DNA of 63,056 bases, filler included, from Octopus bimaculoides (GCF_001194135.2; 12 parts of 11 records of this genome joined end to end with filler, not necessarily neighbours in it), one strand, 5' to 3'. Shown: positions 26,831 through 40,456, counted from the first letter of the whole stretch. Translations and numbers: made by a program. Notes: generated by a model not told the origin, from the sequence alone.

Positions 26831-26885
26831 CTCCTTTTTAAGTAAGCGGTAACTTTATTCCACAAGCTTTCAAGGTGTGTTGTTG
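26831..26885 (-). CDS. Candidate 55-nt internal coding exon of an unidentified host gene (xTTHLESLWNKVTAYLKR)
   Basis: Minus strand reads ggtccttcag|CAACAACAC...AAAAGGAG|gtaagg. Acceptor and donor are good, only one frame is open, and it lies in the CpG-depleted block. No homology recognised. Confidence 0.3.
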
Positions 26886-27074
26886 CTGAAGGACCATTGG
26901 CAAACAGATTTTTTTCAATTATATATATATATACATATACATACACATATACATGTGTGTGGTGTGTATATATACATATATACATACATATACATACATA
27001 TACATACACATATACATGTGCGTGTGTATATATATATATATATATATATACATACGTAGACATACATATATGCA

Positions 27075-27119
<45 letters not shown>

Positions 27120-27219
27120 NNNNNNNNNNNNNNNNNNNNNNNNNNNNNNNNNNNNNNNNNNNNTTAATTAATTAANNNNNNNNNNNNNNNNNNNNNNNNN
27201 NNNNNNNNNNNNNNNNNNN

Positions 27220-27295
27220 CCTACGCTCTTCAACAGAAAGGAACACAGAAAGAAACAAGGAGAAAAAAATGTGTGTAGTGGTCATCGATCTATCA
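27220..27295 (-). repeat. Partial copy of the hammerhead-like (CUGUUGA) repeat, cut by a gap
   Basis: cctacgctcttcaacagaaagga..aaggagaaaaa matches 61790-61830. Confidence 0.7.
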
Positions 27296-28074
27296 TATAT
27301 CTACCATATATATATATTTACGTATATATATATTCAACACAGAAAAGAATTTTGTTTTAATTTTTTTCCAGTATTTATTTTATTTTAAGGCAATAAATAT
27401 TTTTCTGTAAGAAGAAATTTGTATACATTTCTTCATATTGTATATGCACAAAGAAATTGGGTAAAATTCTAATTATTGTATGGATTCCATATTTCTTCAT
27501 TACCCACGATGGGAAGAGTCGTGGGTGTGAGTATGTGTGTGTGTATTTGCTTCCCGAGTATGACATTGAGCTGCGTCTTTGAGTGAGGCTCCATTTCGGG
27601 AGTTCTGGAGTTGTAGGGAGCATTGCGTCACCCTTTAAGTACCATTACACCCAGATCCGTTCTGAACCGGAAAGGTATTACATATCAGGGTCCTATCTAT
27701 GGTTTAAACAGATTTCTCAGGAGTAGAAGAGGTTCTCGTTATTTCTGACAAAGTCACGAGGACGGCAGCTCTTCTAGGAAAAAGATACTCTGGCATAAAA
27801 CTTGCTGTCAAAATAATAGCACTATCCATGTTGCAATGTTTGTCACTAGAAACTACAATGGCGACGGAGAGACTGGTGAAAGTGTTGTACAAGCTTTTTG
27901 CCACTTAAATCCAATGACGTACAGATGTCTCACTATTCATTTCACTTCCAGGTCCGTTTTGTATTTTATTAAAATCTTATGGCGACGGATGAATGGGTGA
28001 GAGGCACTCCGCAAACGTGCAGGGATGAAAGCAAATCAGAACATTCCAGCTGAGTGCGAGACAGCTATCATGAG

Positions 28075-28117
<43 letters not shown>

Positions 28118-28128
28118 TNNNNNNNNNN

Positions 28129-28168
<40 letters not shown>

Positions 28169-28343
28169 CATGTACACACACACATACATATATATATATA
28201 CATAGCTATACGTATATATATGCATACATATATACATACACGCAAAGATGAGTCTACACGTGAAATGAAATAAATCAACCAAGACAAGCATATGGCTATA
28301 TATTTTATTGCAATCTAGCTAATTGCTTCTCTTCCACACAATT

Positions 28344-28379
<36 letters not shown>

Positions 28380-28655
28380 CCCCACCCTCTCTCTCTATCT
28401 ATATGTGCGTATGGGTGTGTGTGAGGGTGGATTCATATACACATAAACACACACATACATTCAAGCTCAGACACATAGACACACATACAGACACATAGAA
28501 ACACACGCACACATCTGTAACACGTCTCCCCAAGTGACTGACAGAAGCTGGCCCATCATTTACAGACGCCATAATTTATTCTACTTAAACAAGAAGACAG
28601 AAAAAATACAGAATTAATCAAATGAAAAAGTAGAAAGCTCATACACACACATATG

Positions 28656-28688
<33 letters not shown>

Positions 28689-28799
28689 TACTTACATTAT
28701 ATATATACATATATATAGAGTGGTGAATAAATAGATATATCGAATTTGAAGTCTCTGTCTCTTTTGAATATGAATACTTAAAAGTTTAAAAACCTTATG

Positions 28800-28832
<33 letters not shown>

Positions 28833-28885
28833 TTTACATACATATATATGTATACATATATGCATATACATAATTATATATATAC

Positions 28886-28933
<48 letters not shown>

Positions 28934-29529
28934 ACACACTCATATACAAATACATTCACACACACACATATACACATATATCCAGTCTATGCCATTTTAA
29001 TATTGTCATTTATCTAACTCTCTAGAAGTTAAGCGCTGAAATACTTGCCTAAGTGAGGTTCTTCTCTGAAGACTGTCTGTTGTTCAGCTCTCTTGAGAGT
29101 CTCTTACCGTCATACTCATGTATGACAGGTACGGTAGAAGTAAAGTCTCTAATGGACGTGCAGTGTATAAAAACAATATATATCGAAAGGAGGCGAAAAT
29201 TCGTCCCACCTGTGGCTAGTGAGAACGTGGGATTCATTTCAGCTTTATACATGTCACTGACATGGCCCAACAAAGAACTGGGCATAATGGTTAGTGCGGC
29301 ACTAAGTGGAGTTGGTGCACAAAATGTGGCGTGAAGTGTAAAGTTAGCTAGTACAGGTGTGCCTGATTGTTGGAGTCGCAAGGGTTGTCAGCTCTGAGGA
29401 ACAGAGATCGTCATATTAGTGATATAAAAGATAGAGAAGAGACAGCATACCTACGGGTCATGAAGCGGTATATGCTCGTTACAGATTGAATCGCAGTTAG
29501 TCGAATGGGGCCCTTCTCTGGATGAGGAT

Positions 29530-29740
29530 AGAAGTCAGGTGGTAGTAGCCAATGGGGCCACCTCCAGTGACACGCAAATAGTGAGCGGTGTTCCGCAAAG
29601 CACTGTTTTGGGACCACTACTGCTCATAATGGCCCTCTCAAAATTCCCTCAGCCACACAGAGAGCCACGATCACAAGTTATGCAGATGATACAAAAGTCT
29701 CACAGGTAATACAGAACCCTGAAGACACTATGCACCTGCG
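29530..29740 (+). mobile_element. CR1/L2-type LINE reverse-transcriptase fragment
   Basis: SQVVVANGATSSDTQIVSGVPQSTVLGPLLLIMALS, then after a frameshift IPSATQRATITSYADDTKVSQVIQ. Contains the SGVPQG.VLGPLLF-like and YADD motifs. Confidence 0.85.
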
Positions 29741-30415
29741 GAGATCACGCAGTTTGTGACATAACCGTTCCAAAAATTGGAGCAGTAGTCTATTGTGGAC
29801 CTTACTTGAGCTGTGTCAAGTGTCAGCGTCTGTTAGTAGTTAGAATATCTTCTGGCCGTATAGAGAAGGTCTAATCTTTGGGTTGCGGTCTTAGATGTGC
29901 AAAGGATTTGTTTTCATCCAGAGAGATACTCGGTAATAGTAAGTCCTGGCGTTTGAAACGGCTATGAGAGCTCTAGTTGAGCACTACTTGTATGTTGTTG
30001 CAAGCATATTAACATTTGTACCAATAGCCATTGGTGCACATACTTATGGTCTTAAATGTTTCTGTAGTAGTCTCGAAAATCTGGGTTTTTCAGACAACGA
30101 AAGCGATCAGCAAAGACGCACCTGACAAATTAAAATCTATCAGCGGAAAAGTAAAAATATGCAACACTTTTCTAAAATTACACAATGTAACTTTCAACGA
30201 ATGTCGTTGTTTGTTGTCTAAATTGCAGTAAAGGGTTGTGGTGTTTGCTAAATACCAAACGCTTGTGTTTAGTAACAATAAAATAAATGAAAAGAAAAAA
30301 AAAAACAAAAACAATTATATACATGTATACACAGTGCGCTATTCGCAATTCTGCATTTAAGCACGTTTTATATCCGAAATGCTGATTAAATACGCGTATA
30401 CATGCATACGTACGT

Positions 30416-30467
<52 letters not shown>

Positions 30468-32116
30468 GCAAACATGCATACGACCAAGTACATACGTGAA
30501 TATATATGCAAGTCTGTGTATATGAATATGCATTTATATACACGTACATATATGTGTGTGTTTGTGTATCTATTTGTATATGTACGCGCGTTTGCATAGT
30601 CTATGGATGAATGCATACACAAACACACATATATATATATGCATATGTATCGATAAACACACACATACACACACACACACACACATATATCTATATATAC
30701 ATTTATTTATGTGCTAAAATGGCGTCATATTAACAATGTAAATATGGTGTAATGTATTCTATTTTATTATTATTTTTTCTCTTTCCTGAAGCAGCTTCCC
30801 TCTAAATTTAGTCTGTCAACAGAATGTTTGTTTGCTACACAAATCTATTTACATTGGTTAATCTATTCATTTCTCTCTTGTTTATGACCTACACTCAGTG
30901 AGGAAATATTAGTATGTATGTATGTACACAAACACACATATTCCAATATTCGTTTATTGTATTTGCTAGTTTTAAGTGATCCGACTATAGCTGAGCCGGC
31001 ACAACTCTCTGACGTTTTACAGGCTTGCGATGTGTTTGATGTAAACGTGAGTTAAACGGATCTGCCAAACCCCAGCGAAGATACATATATATACGTGGCG
31101 GACTGGGTCTAAAAATATTGGTTGCCAGGAGACTAAGGGGGCCCACCCTAAACTACGAAGCTATCATTTAATTGTTTTTTGTTGTTCTTTTTTTTTTGTT
31201 AAAAGTATTCTTTTAAACTGTTTAGAAACGCAGCGAGGCTGAAATAATTGATGCANNNNNNNNNNNNNNNNNNNNNNNNNNNNNNNNNNNNNNNNNNNNN
31301 NNNNNNNNNNNNNNNNNNNNNNNNNNNNNNNNNNNNNNNNNNNNNNNNNNNNNNNNNNNNNNNNNNNNNNNNNNNNNNNNNNNNNNNNNNNNNNNNNNNN
31401 NNNNNNNNNNNNNNNNNNNNNNNNNNNNNNNNNNNNNNNNNNNNNNNNNNNNNNNNNNNNNNNNNNNNNNNNNNNNNNNNNNNNNNNNNNNNNNNNNNNN
31501 NNNNNNNNNNNNNNNNNNNNNNNNNNNNNNNNNNNNNNNNNNNNNNNNNNNNNNNNNNNNNNNNNNNNNNNNNNNNNNNNNNNNNNNNNNNNNNNNNNNN
31601 NNNNNNNNNNNNNNNNNNNNNNNNNNNNNNNNNNNNNNNNNNNNNNNNNNNNNNNNNNNNNNNNNNNNNNNNNNNNNNNNNNNNNNNNNNNNNNNNNNNN
31701 NNNNNNNNNNNNNNNNNNNNNNNNNNNNNNNNNNNNNNNNNNNNNNNNNNNNNNNNNNNNNNNNNNNNNNNNNNNNNNNNNNNNNNNNNNNNNNNNNNNN
31801 NNNNNNNNNNNNNNNNNNNNNNNNNNNNNNNNNNNNNNNNNNNNNNNNNNNNNNNNNNNNNNNNNNNNNNNNNNNNNNNNNNNNNNNNNNNNNNNNNNNN
31901 NNNNNNNNNNNNNNNNNNNNNNNNNNNNNNNNNNNNNNNNNNNNNNNNNNNNNNNNNNNNNNNNNNNNNNNNNNNNNNNNNNNNNNNNNNNNNNNNNNNN
32001 NNNNNNNNNNNNNNNNNNNNNNNNNNNNNNNNNNNNNNNNNNNNNNNNNNNNNNNNNNNNNNNNNNNNNNNNNNNNNNNNNNNNNNNNNNNNNNNNNNNN
32101 NNNNNNNNNNNNNNNN

Positions 32117-32165
<49 letters not shown>

Positions 32166-34177
32166 GTATTTATGCATATATTATATGCGTGTACATATGT
32201 ATGTTCATATATATACATATAAACATATATCTATACATGCACACACACATACATGAATGCATACATACATGCATATGTATATATATATATATATATATAC
32301 ATACACACACGTGCGTGCGTGCGTGCGTGCGTGCGTGGTGTGAAAGATTGAATTATTTTTCATCCTTTGCTTTGGAGGATTCCAAAAAAGCGATTTCTAA
32401 TAAAGATTCTTCATACTTTGCTCGTAACTTACTGGTATAAGTCTGTGAATATGAAAATATTACTTCTATATGGTGTGTTATGAGAACTTAAGGAAAGGTA
32501 TCCCATAGAACTCAACAAATTTGTTAAAAATGGAGAAGAGAGGGTGTTAAAATTTGAAAGAATTTTAATACAAGCATACGATCCTTTTCAAACTGCGATA
32601 TTAATATGTAAATTCATGGTAGAATAATTAATTGAATTAAACTAAATTAGATTAATTACATATCACTGCTCTCCTCAGTGCGAGAAGTATAAGCAAAAAA
32701 TTATTATTAATACAGAAGACCTGATGAAAGAAATAAACAGAGAAGAAATTCGGATATACATTTTTAACCTTATGAAAATTGAGAGCAGACTAAAGAATGT
32801 GAGTTTGGTTGTGTATAAACTAAAACTGAGGCAGCTCTCGGTTATTTGAAAATAGGAGTAAAAATGGTTTTAAGAGACGTTCTATAGAAGAGTAAGTAGA
32901 TAAGTAATTCAACCTGCAAATAAAACATTTATTAAAGGAAGTTTTATAGAGATGCCCAATGGAAAGGCATAGCTATGATTGAATTAGGATATGACTTGAC
33001 AGTTATAAGTAATATTAGGTATGGTGTGTATTTTAAAAATATTTTGTGTAAGAATGAAATTAAACTAGTGAATGTAGTATATAGGAGGCAGCTAGAATGC
33101 AGCGAGAACAAGAGTTAGGTGTATAAATGCTTAAAGAGCTACATATAATGGAGTTGTGTTAGTGTAAGTGACTTATATTCATTTGAGTGTATTAAATATA
33201 AGGTAAAAAATTCAAAATTCAAAATAGGAAATTAGTTGTTAGTATTACAGAATTAAGATAGTAAAGACTAGTTGTGGCTATAAATATTTAAAAAAAAAAA
33301 AAAAACATTCAGAGGTATAATAGTTGTAAACTTAAATTAACAATGTGGGGAAGATAATATAGCTAAGAAAATGATAGTGAAATTTTTAAATTATAATTAT
33401 CGATATTTAGTAGGTTGACTATGTAAATGTATAATTAAAAAATGTAAGTTAAGAAGCTAGCTTGGCATAAGGTGAGAGGGAAGAATATAGTAAAATTATG
33501 TAAGTGATGAGTGTTTAAGTAATATAAGGTTATTGTGCATAGTGAATATAAGAAAAAAAATTTATTTATGGAGTAGTGTGTGCACATAAGTATGCTGAAT
33601 ATATAAAATAATTCATATATAATGCAATATAAAAAAATCTTATAAGGGAAAAGAATTTTTTAGTGTATACTAATACATTTGTAGAGGACATATCTTCGAA
33701 ACAGTATACGTGGATTTAGGTATTCTAGCTGTTTTTCAAGTTGTTTTATTTGAGGATGTACTTGAAAAAAAGAACTGTACAAAAAATAAGTATACTTACA
33801 TCGGTGCAAAGAGAGAAAAAAGGGCCAAATAAATATAGATATAATTATAATTAACCACACGTATAAAAAATGTTATTATATACAAACATACATACATACA
33901 TACATATATATTTTTATATGTATGTCTATATAGTGGTGTATATATATACATATGTATATATGTGTTTGTGTGTGTGGGACAGATGTATATGTGCACACGT
34001 TCATATTAAATCTTAAGTAGCAGAAGATCAAGGTGTTTTTTTGAAAGCATATTGGCTCACTCCTTGCAGATCTCTCAGGCAAGATATTAAATAGTTGCGA
34101 ATCTTTGAATCAGTACCTGATCCTTGCTCAACAGGGGATGGGTGGGTACAATGGCGTCCTCTTCGAGCGCTTGTATA

Positions 34178-34410
34178 CAAGGGGTTACCGAAAAGAAGCC
34201 GGAATTTTGCAATATCATTATATTTACTTAGTTTTACATGTTTACTCTTTTTATCACCTTCAAAATATTCTCCATTTGAAGCAATGTATCCGTCTAACGC
34301 ATCTTCCACTGTTCGAAGCAGTGCTGGCACTCTTGCGAAGTGATACTTTTAAACACCTCTGTTGTTTTTTGCTTCACCTCTCGTAAATCTCGATGTCATA
34401 AACATTCATA
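34178..34410 (-). mobile_element. Mariner transposon 3' remnant (transposase C-terminus plus TIR)
   Basis: EVKQKTTEVFKSITSQECQHCFEQWKMR/LDGYIASNGEYFEGDK matches the mariner C-terminal pattern (F..W..RW..C....G.YFEGD). It is followed by TIR-like aaattccggcttcttttcggtaaccccttg and TA. Confidence 0.8.
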
Positions 34411-34430
34411 TATACAGATACATACATACA

Positions 34431-34461
<31 letters not shown>

Positions 34462-34539
34462 GTGTGTGTGTGCTTATGTGTGTACTCAGTTTAAATAGAC
34501 AATCAATTCAAATAGACGAATAATAAAATTAATAGGTAA

Positions 34540-34630
34540 TAAGACGTGTACAAGGAATGTTTTAGCTTGACGCTCGGTAAAAAGAGAAAGGTTGACGTTT
34601 TGAGTAAAGCTTTTCGTCGGAAAGGAGAAA
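34540..34630 (-). repeat. Degenerate relative of the hammerhead-like repeat
   Basis: ttgacgctcgg..ttgacgttttgag..gcttttcgtcggaaagg is colinear with tgacgctcgg..ttgacgtttcgag..gctcttcaacagaaag at 61751-61808. Confidence 0.5.
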
Positions 34631-34680
34631 GGAAAAGAAATCGTTTACAGCACGTGCGTAGTTACATACATACATACATA

Positions 34681-35062
34681 GTTGGCACTCCATCGCTTAC
34701 GACGTCGAAGGTTCCTGTTGATCCAATCAACGGAATAGCCTGCTCGTGAAATTAACGTGCAAGTGGCTGAGCACTCCACAGACACGTGTACCCTTAACGT
34801 AGTTCTCGGGGATATTCAGCGTGACACAGTGTGACAAGGCTGACCCTTTGAAATACAGGTACAACAGAAACAGGAAGTAAGAGTGAGAGAAAGTTGTGGT
34901 GAAAGAGTACAGCAGGGTTCGCCACCATCCCCTGCCGGAGCCTCGTGGCGCTTTAGGTGTTTTTCGCTCAATAAACACTCGCAACGCCCGGTCTGGGAAT
35001 CGAAACCGCGATCCTATGACCGCGAGTCCGCTGCCCTAACTACCGGGCCATTGCGCCTCCAC
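34681..35062 (-). mobile_element. Full-length tRNA-headed SINE (CpG-rich, cephalopod type)
   Basis: Reverse complement starts gtggaggcgcaatggcccggtagttagggcagcggactcgcggtcataggatcgcggtttcgattcccagaccggg (A and B boxes) and ends before a (TATG)n tract. Confidence 0.85.
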
Positions 35063-35437
35063 TCATACATACAAACATACATACATACATACACTTTAAT
35101 ATATATGTACTCATACATATTAATACACATACACAAATAAATGTCGTACAATCAGCCAATATATGTTGTTAAGTAAAACTGAAACAAATTATATTATTCC
35201 TCTGAAGACCTGGCGTTTCAAACTTATTAAGCAATAGTTTACATAATGTTTATTACATAACGTGCCACTATTCGCCTGTGAAATACGTGTAATATTAATA
35301 AGTCATAATGTTATAAAAACTATATATATATATATATNNNNNNNNNNNNNNNNNNNNNNNNNNNNNNNNNNNNNNNNNNNNTTAATTAATTAANNNNNNN
35401 NNNNNNNNNNNNNNNNNNNNNNNNNNNNNNNNNNNNN

Positions 35438-35468
<31 letters not shown>

Positions 35469-38400
35469 TACTTTACTACCAAATAAAGTTACTTTTCATT
35501 TCAATATTTGCATTAAAAAACCTGACATGATAATTCTATAATTCATCTATCGTAAACAACATTGTATACCACGACAACGACGACGACGGCGTCACCTCTT
35601 CTATACGACGTTCGTTACGCACGTTAGGCCAATGAATGAAAAGTATATGAGTGCGACTGTATTTGAGTGTGTAATTGTGTGTCCATATACATACATTTTT
35701 GTGACGACTGAAACACACAAACATGCGCATACTTAAACGCAGAGAGATACACACAGAATGACAGATATAGACCTGAAGTGTGCGTTATTGTGTGTGTCTG
35801 TCTTAGTATGTGTATGTGTGTGTATTGCCAGAGTGTATGCGTGATAATTTCAACACGTTAGGCCTCAGACTATTAGACACAAAGGCACAGACATAGACAC
35901 GCACAACTACACATACATATGCATATGTCTATTATTGTATCCTCATACATTCGCAGATTTAGTAGCCGATTTTGACATATGGATATCAAAAGATTCGGTA
36001 ATCTTTCGGTTAGCAAATGAACTTTATTTTCATTTACATATTTGCATTACCACCACCAGCAGCAGCAGCACCACCACCACCACCACCACCACAACCATAA
36101 CCACTACTATCGCTACCACCACCACCACCACCACCACCACCACAACCGCGAGTACCACCACCAAAGCCACTACCACCATGTCACATTTTTATATGACTGT
36201 GTGTGTGCGTGTGTGTGTGTGTGTGTGTTTGCGCATTCGCGTCCTAGGTTAGGACAATGACTGAGAAGTATATGTATGTGAGTGTATATCAAGGTGTATG
36301 TGTGTGTCAATATGCATTCAATTTTGCGAGGACTGACACACAGAGGGTCAGAGATAGGCATGAGGTGTGGGTGAATATATTTTTTGTGTCAGTCTCATTA
36401 GTATATGTATATACATTTATGTCAATTATGTGCCATACCTCTAATTCTCTATCTTCCTTTTTTCCGATGTTTTCTTTTTCATCCATCCATATTTTGCAAA
36501 TATACTCCAAAAGAGTTTTTGGGGATTGTTCTTTTATTTTCTTGAGTTGTTTCTTTATAGGCCACGTAATCAGAAGCGGCAGATTGCTTGGAAGCATTAA
36601 GGGTTATACTAAAACTTGCCTAGAGAATATCTCCAGTGTATGAAACTATGAGTATCTCATTACTATATATTGCATACACTAAAAGTAAGTTTCTTTCAAG
36701 AGATGGAATACTTTTGTTCATCTCCCACTAACGGATTACATACACACATATATACATACATGTGCTTGCACACATATATACATACGTACGTGAATATACG
36801 TATTTATATCTATATATTACTGTTTCCATTTTCGAATTTGTAACCCTCCTCGTCTAACATTTATTTCCTGTATTTTTCATATACTTTTCAAATGAGCTTT
36901 TTTTTTATTTTCATGAGCAGTTTTATTTGTTTATATCCACAATACCTACATTGTTATGTTTTTCATTGTTTCATACATTTGGCAAGCCTTATCTTGGTCT
37001 GTATTCCCTCGTTTAGAAGTTCTTTATGGATGAATATTTCTCATCATCATACTTCTTTTATTACATTGATATATTCTGTATATTTCATTCAACAGATTAT
37101 ATCTACTTATATATTTCTCATGGAAGTACTTACACTTATCGAGAGTAATATGTTCAAATTTACTTGATGCACGCATTGAAAAATTCAATTTCATTTGTCA
37201 GAAAAGTTTTACTCCATATCTGACATAATATCCGCATCTGTATAACCATCAAATATATAGAGAAATGCGATTTGACATTTATGGAGGAAAGTAAAATCAT
37301 AAACCATTTCAAATTATTAGTAATAATTTACATTTTAATACAAGTAGGTTGCGTATTGAATGGACGACATTTAGTGATAACGATTTATCAGTACAAAAGG
37401 CCGAAATCATAAACTTGGAACGTCGTATACATTGCTAAAACATTCAGATTTTGCAATACTCTGTTGATATTTTTGCAACAAAAATGAATTTCCAGTATAT
37501 TCTGATGTTGTGTAGCATTTAAAATGTCATGATATGTTATGTTTCTGTAGTAAGCTATTAGGATGCACTTCTTACAATAATTCCACATATGTCGCGTGTG
37601 ACGCATTTTACATGTAACAGCTTTTCGGAATTTTTATCTTGCTCGTACCTCTGTTTCGTTATGTGGCAATACGATCAATTTGCCCGCGAGAGAATGAGGA
37701 ATCGATATGTAATGATGCATAATAGAGAATGATTATTTTGTCGATGCTTAAACGATTTTACCATACATTGCAATCGGAATGCTGAGAAACCGGATGACTA
37801 TAGGAGGTCACACCAATCCAAAATACTACAAACTTTGCAATCTAACCACTTAGTTAAACGTAACTGATATCTCAAAATTTCTCCAAGAAAAAGTGATCAC
37901 TAAGTGTCAATATCCTTTCAAAAGAAATAAGTACCTTTTGATGTGCTATTTAACATGACTGACGGTATATTTTGGAATATATTTTCAGGATGCATATATA
38001 AAATATTAACTAAAGGCAGGATATGAATAATCTTTCAATACAACGAATCATATAAAATGTACAGTATATGTTTCAGTAAAATTCCCAGTAGGTCTATATA
38101 TCATTGCATTAATATTAAAAATGAATTTCTTATATATATATATAAATTCGAGTCTGCTGTACACGTAAATTTAATTCGTTAGGGAATTACTCTTAATGAG
38201 TTTGTGAAAATTATTTCGAACGTTTCATAGAACTTTATTCAGTGTTATATGTGCAAATGAGCGAAAGTAAAATATACTAACAATAAGTGTTACATAAATT
38301 CATGCAAGATTGAATTTGTATATATAGTATCATACATTATAATGAAATAGCTAAATTGCTTCTTTTAAATAGATTAGGCAAATAAATGGCAATAAAACGA

Positions 38401-39299
38401 TAGTTAATTTTGGAGATCGCAGTCACCTAAATCAAACAGTCATTGCGTTATAAATGAGGTAAATAAACGCTGACCTTCTTAAATATAACAAAAACGGTGT
38501 ATTTGTAGCTGTCCATATATTTGCATAACATTGATATTGTTCTCAAATATATGTATGCTAATGATCATCTAAGATGTTTTACATATTACTTTATATGAAC
38601 AATATATCATAGATATTTTCAAAAGGAGGAATTCGGAAGCTGAATAGCTACCCGAAATTTGACAAAAGAAATTTATGATGTCAGTGGTGGAGTAAGTTAA
38701 TAAAGCAGCCATAATCATTGTTTCTATAATACTGATATTCTTCAATGTACTATTTCGCCAATCATATGAAGAAATCAGGATAATGCTTAAACGTGAAATA
38801 AATTGTTATCCATGACAAGTTTATAAATACCTTTACCGATGCTATATCATCAATGACGTAAGTTATGCGACAAAGTATTTAATTACTATTTAATGAAAGT
38901 TAATATGATAAGAAGGCGTTAAAAGCATTACAAGCTGCACTTTTTTTGGCGTGAGGAAAAGCAAGTGTGTATGTATAAGGATATAAATATGTTTTATTCT
39001 TCATATTTTTAGAGTTATATAATATTTCACAACACACACGTACACACACGTACACACACGTACACATACACACACATACAGACACACAAACACGCATGGG
39101 CAAACTCACACACACACAAAGCACACACACAATAAACACACACATATGCGAGTGTATGTAAATCCAAATCGGCTTGCCACCTTCAAACCTTGTAATGTTG
39201 AGCTATGGAGTACGAGGACGACTTTTTTTTCCAAATGATACGCCTATTGCTATGGAAGCATACCAGAGAATGCAAAGAACACACCACGCTTTTGTCGAT

Positions 39300-40456
39300 G
39301 AGCAATTCACGAAATTTGTTTAAAAATCATACCTAAGAGAGATAGACGACGGATTGTTAATCACACCAACGACTAGATTTTCAAAATTGAATCTATATCA
39401 TCGAACATTTATTAATTTCCCATGATACTAAATCAAAGTTATTGTATGGGTTATTGAACCCATACAATAACCGTTGCTTTGGGAACGGTTTTCATTGACA
39501 GCCGTGTGAATTTTATTCGTTTCGGACTTCACCACAATTTTTTTTTTTGCAAGTCTTTGCTAATATGATTCAAAGCAGAACCGGTATCAATCAAAACAAA
39601 TGCTTTCACGCCATAGGCTGTTATTGCATAATTAACTTTAGTAGCAGCTCCACCTTGATATAAAACCGCGGCGATGCTGTCGTCATCAAGAGCTGCTGAT
39701 GTCGTATCAAAATTTTTACGGTTCTTGACCGGCGTTCCTTAGCAAAATGACCAAACGCACCACATTTGTAACACTTGCTCCACCTGGCGGGACACTTAAA
39801 TTTCGAATGAAAATTGTTAAATCTGCAAAATGTGCAAGATTTTTAGTCCGTTTTGTCGCTGCACAAGCTGTGTTTCCGTCAGGAATTGAGATTTTGTCTT
39901 CTTCACGTGAATAAACGTTGACAAAGAGCTTCCCTGGTTGTTTATAACAGTCTCACTGCTATTATACACTTCGGAATTCCTTTCAGCAATTTCCAGCGTG
40001 CGGGCTTGGTTAAATATCGCTTCGAAAGTTATCGCTGTTTCTTGAATATTTTCTAAAAATCTAAGGCGAGTTGAAAATGACGTTAATCCCGAGATAAATG
40101 CTTCACGAACAGTTTCATTTTTGTGAATCTTAGCTCCCACAGCTCTGTACACGCAATCTTTAGCTAGTCTTTTCAATTTCTGTAAATAGTTGTCAACTGA
40201 TTGACCTGGTTCTTGTTTGCATGTCATCAAAAGTTGTCTCGCAAAAATAATGTTCAAGGATTTCACGTATAGTCTTTAAGAATTTGAATTGCTTCTGCGT
40301 AATTCTCACACTCACCTATGAGTCTTTGTCTATGCACGATATTAAACAGCTAAGCTTGCTTTCATCAGTCATAGGGGGTTCAGGAGGAAATGATTCTAAA
40401 AAATTATAAAAGTTTTAAACCAAAATTTCCATTTTCTTGAAACTTGACTCTAACAT
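39300..40456 (-). mobile_element. Ty3/Gypsy LTR retrotransposon gag-protease fragment, degraded
   Basis: IFARQLLMTCKQEPGQSVDNYLQKLKRLAKDC..VREAFISGL..RLRFLE (gag); CYKCGAFGHFAKE (eroded zinc knuckle); VKAFVLIDTGSALNHIS (aspartic protease DTG). Contains stops and frameshifts; no LTR pair found. Confidence 0.85.

Noticed and set aside
28524-28580. Minus-strand possible start exon MASVNDGPASVSHLGR, and plus-strand 24-nt micro-exon 31023-31046 (ACDVFDVN)
   Set aside because: Each has one good splice site or is too short to distinguish from chance. They lie across gap spacers from the other candidates and have no recognisable homology.
32340-33660. Possible mitochondrial insertion (NUMT) because of AT richness and strand skew
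   Set aside because: No recognisable mitochondrial protein, tRNA or rRNA motifs in either strand under the invertebrate mitochondrial code as read by eye.
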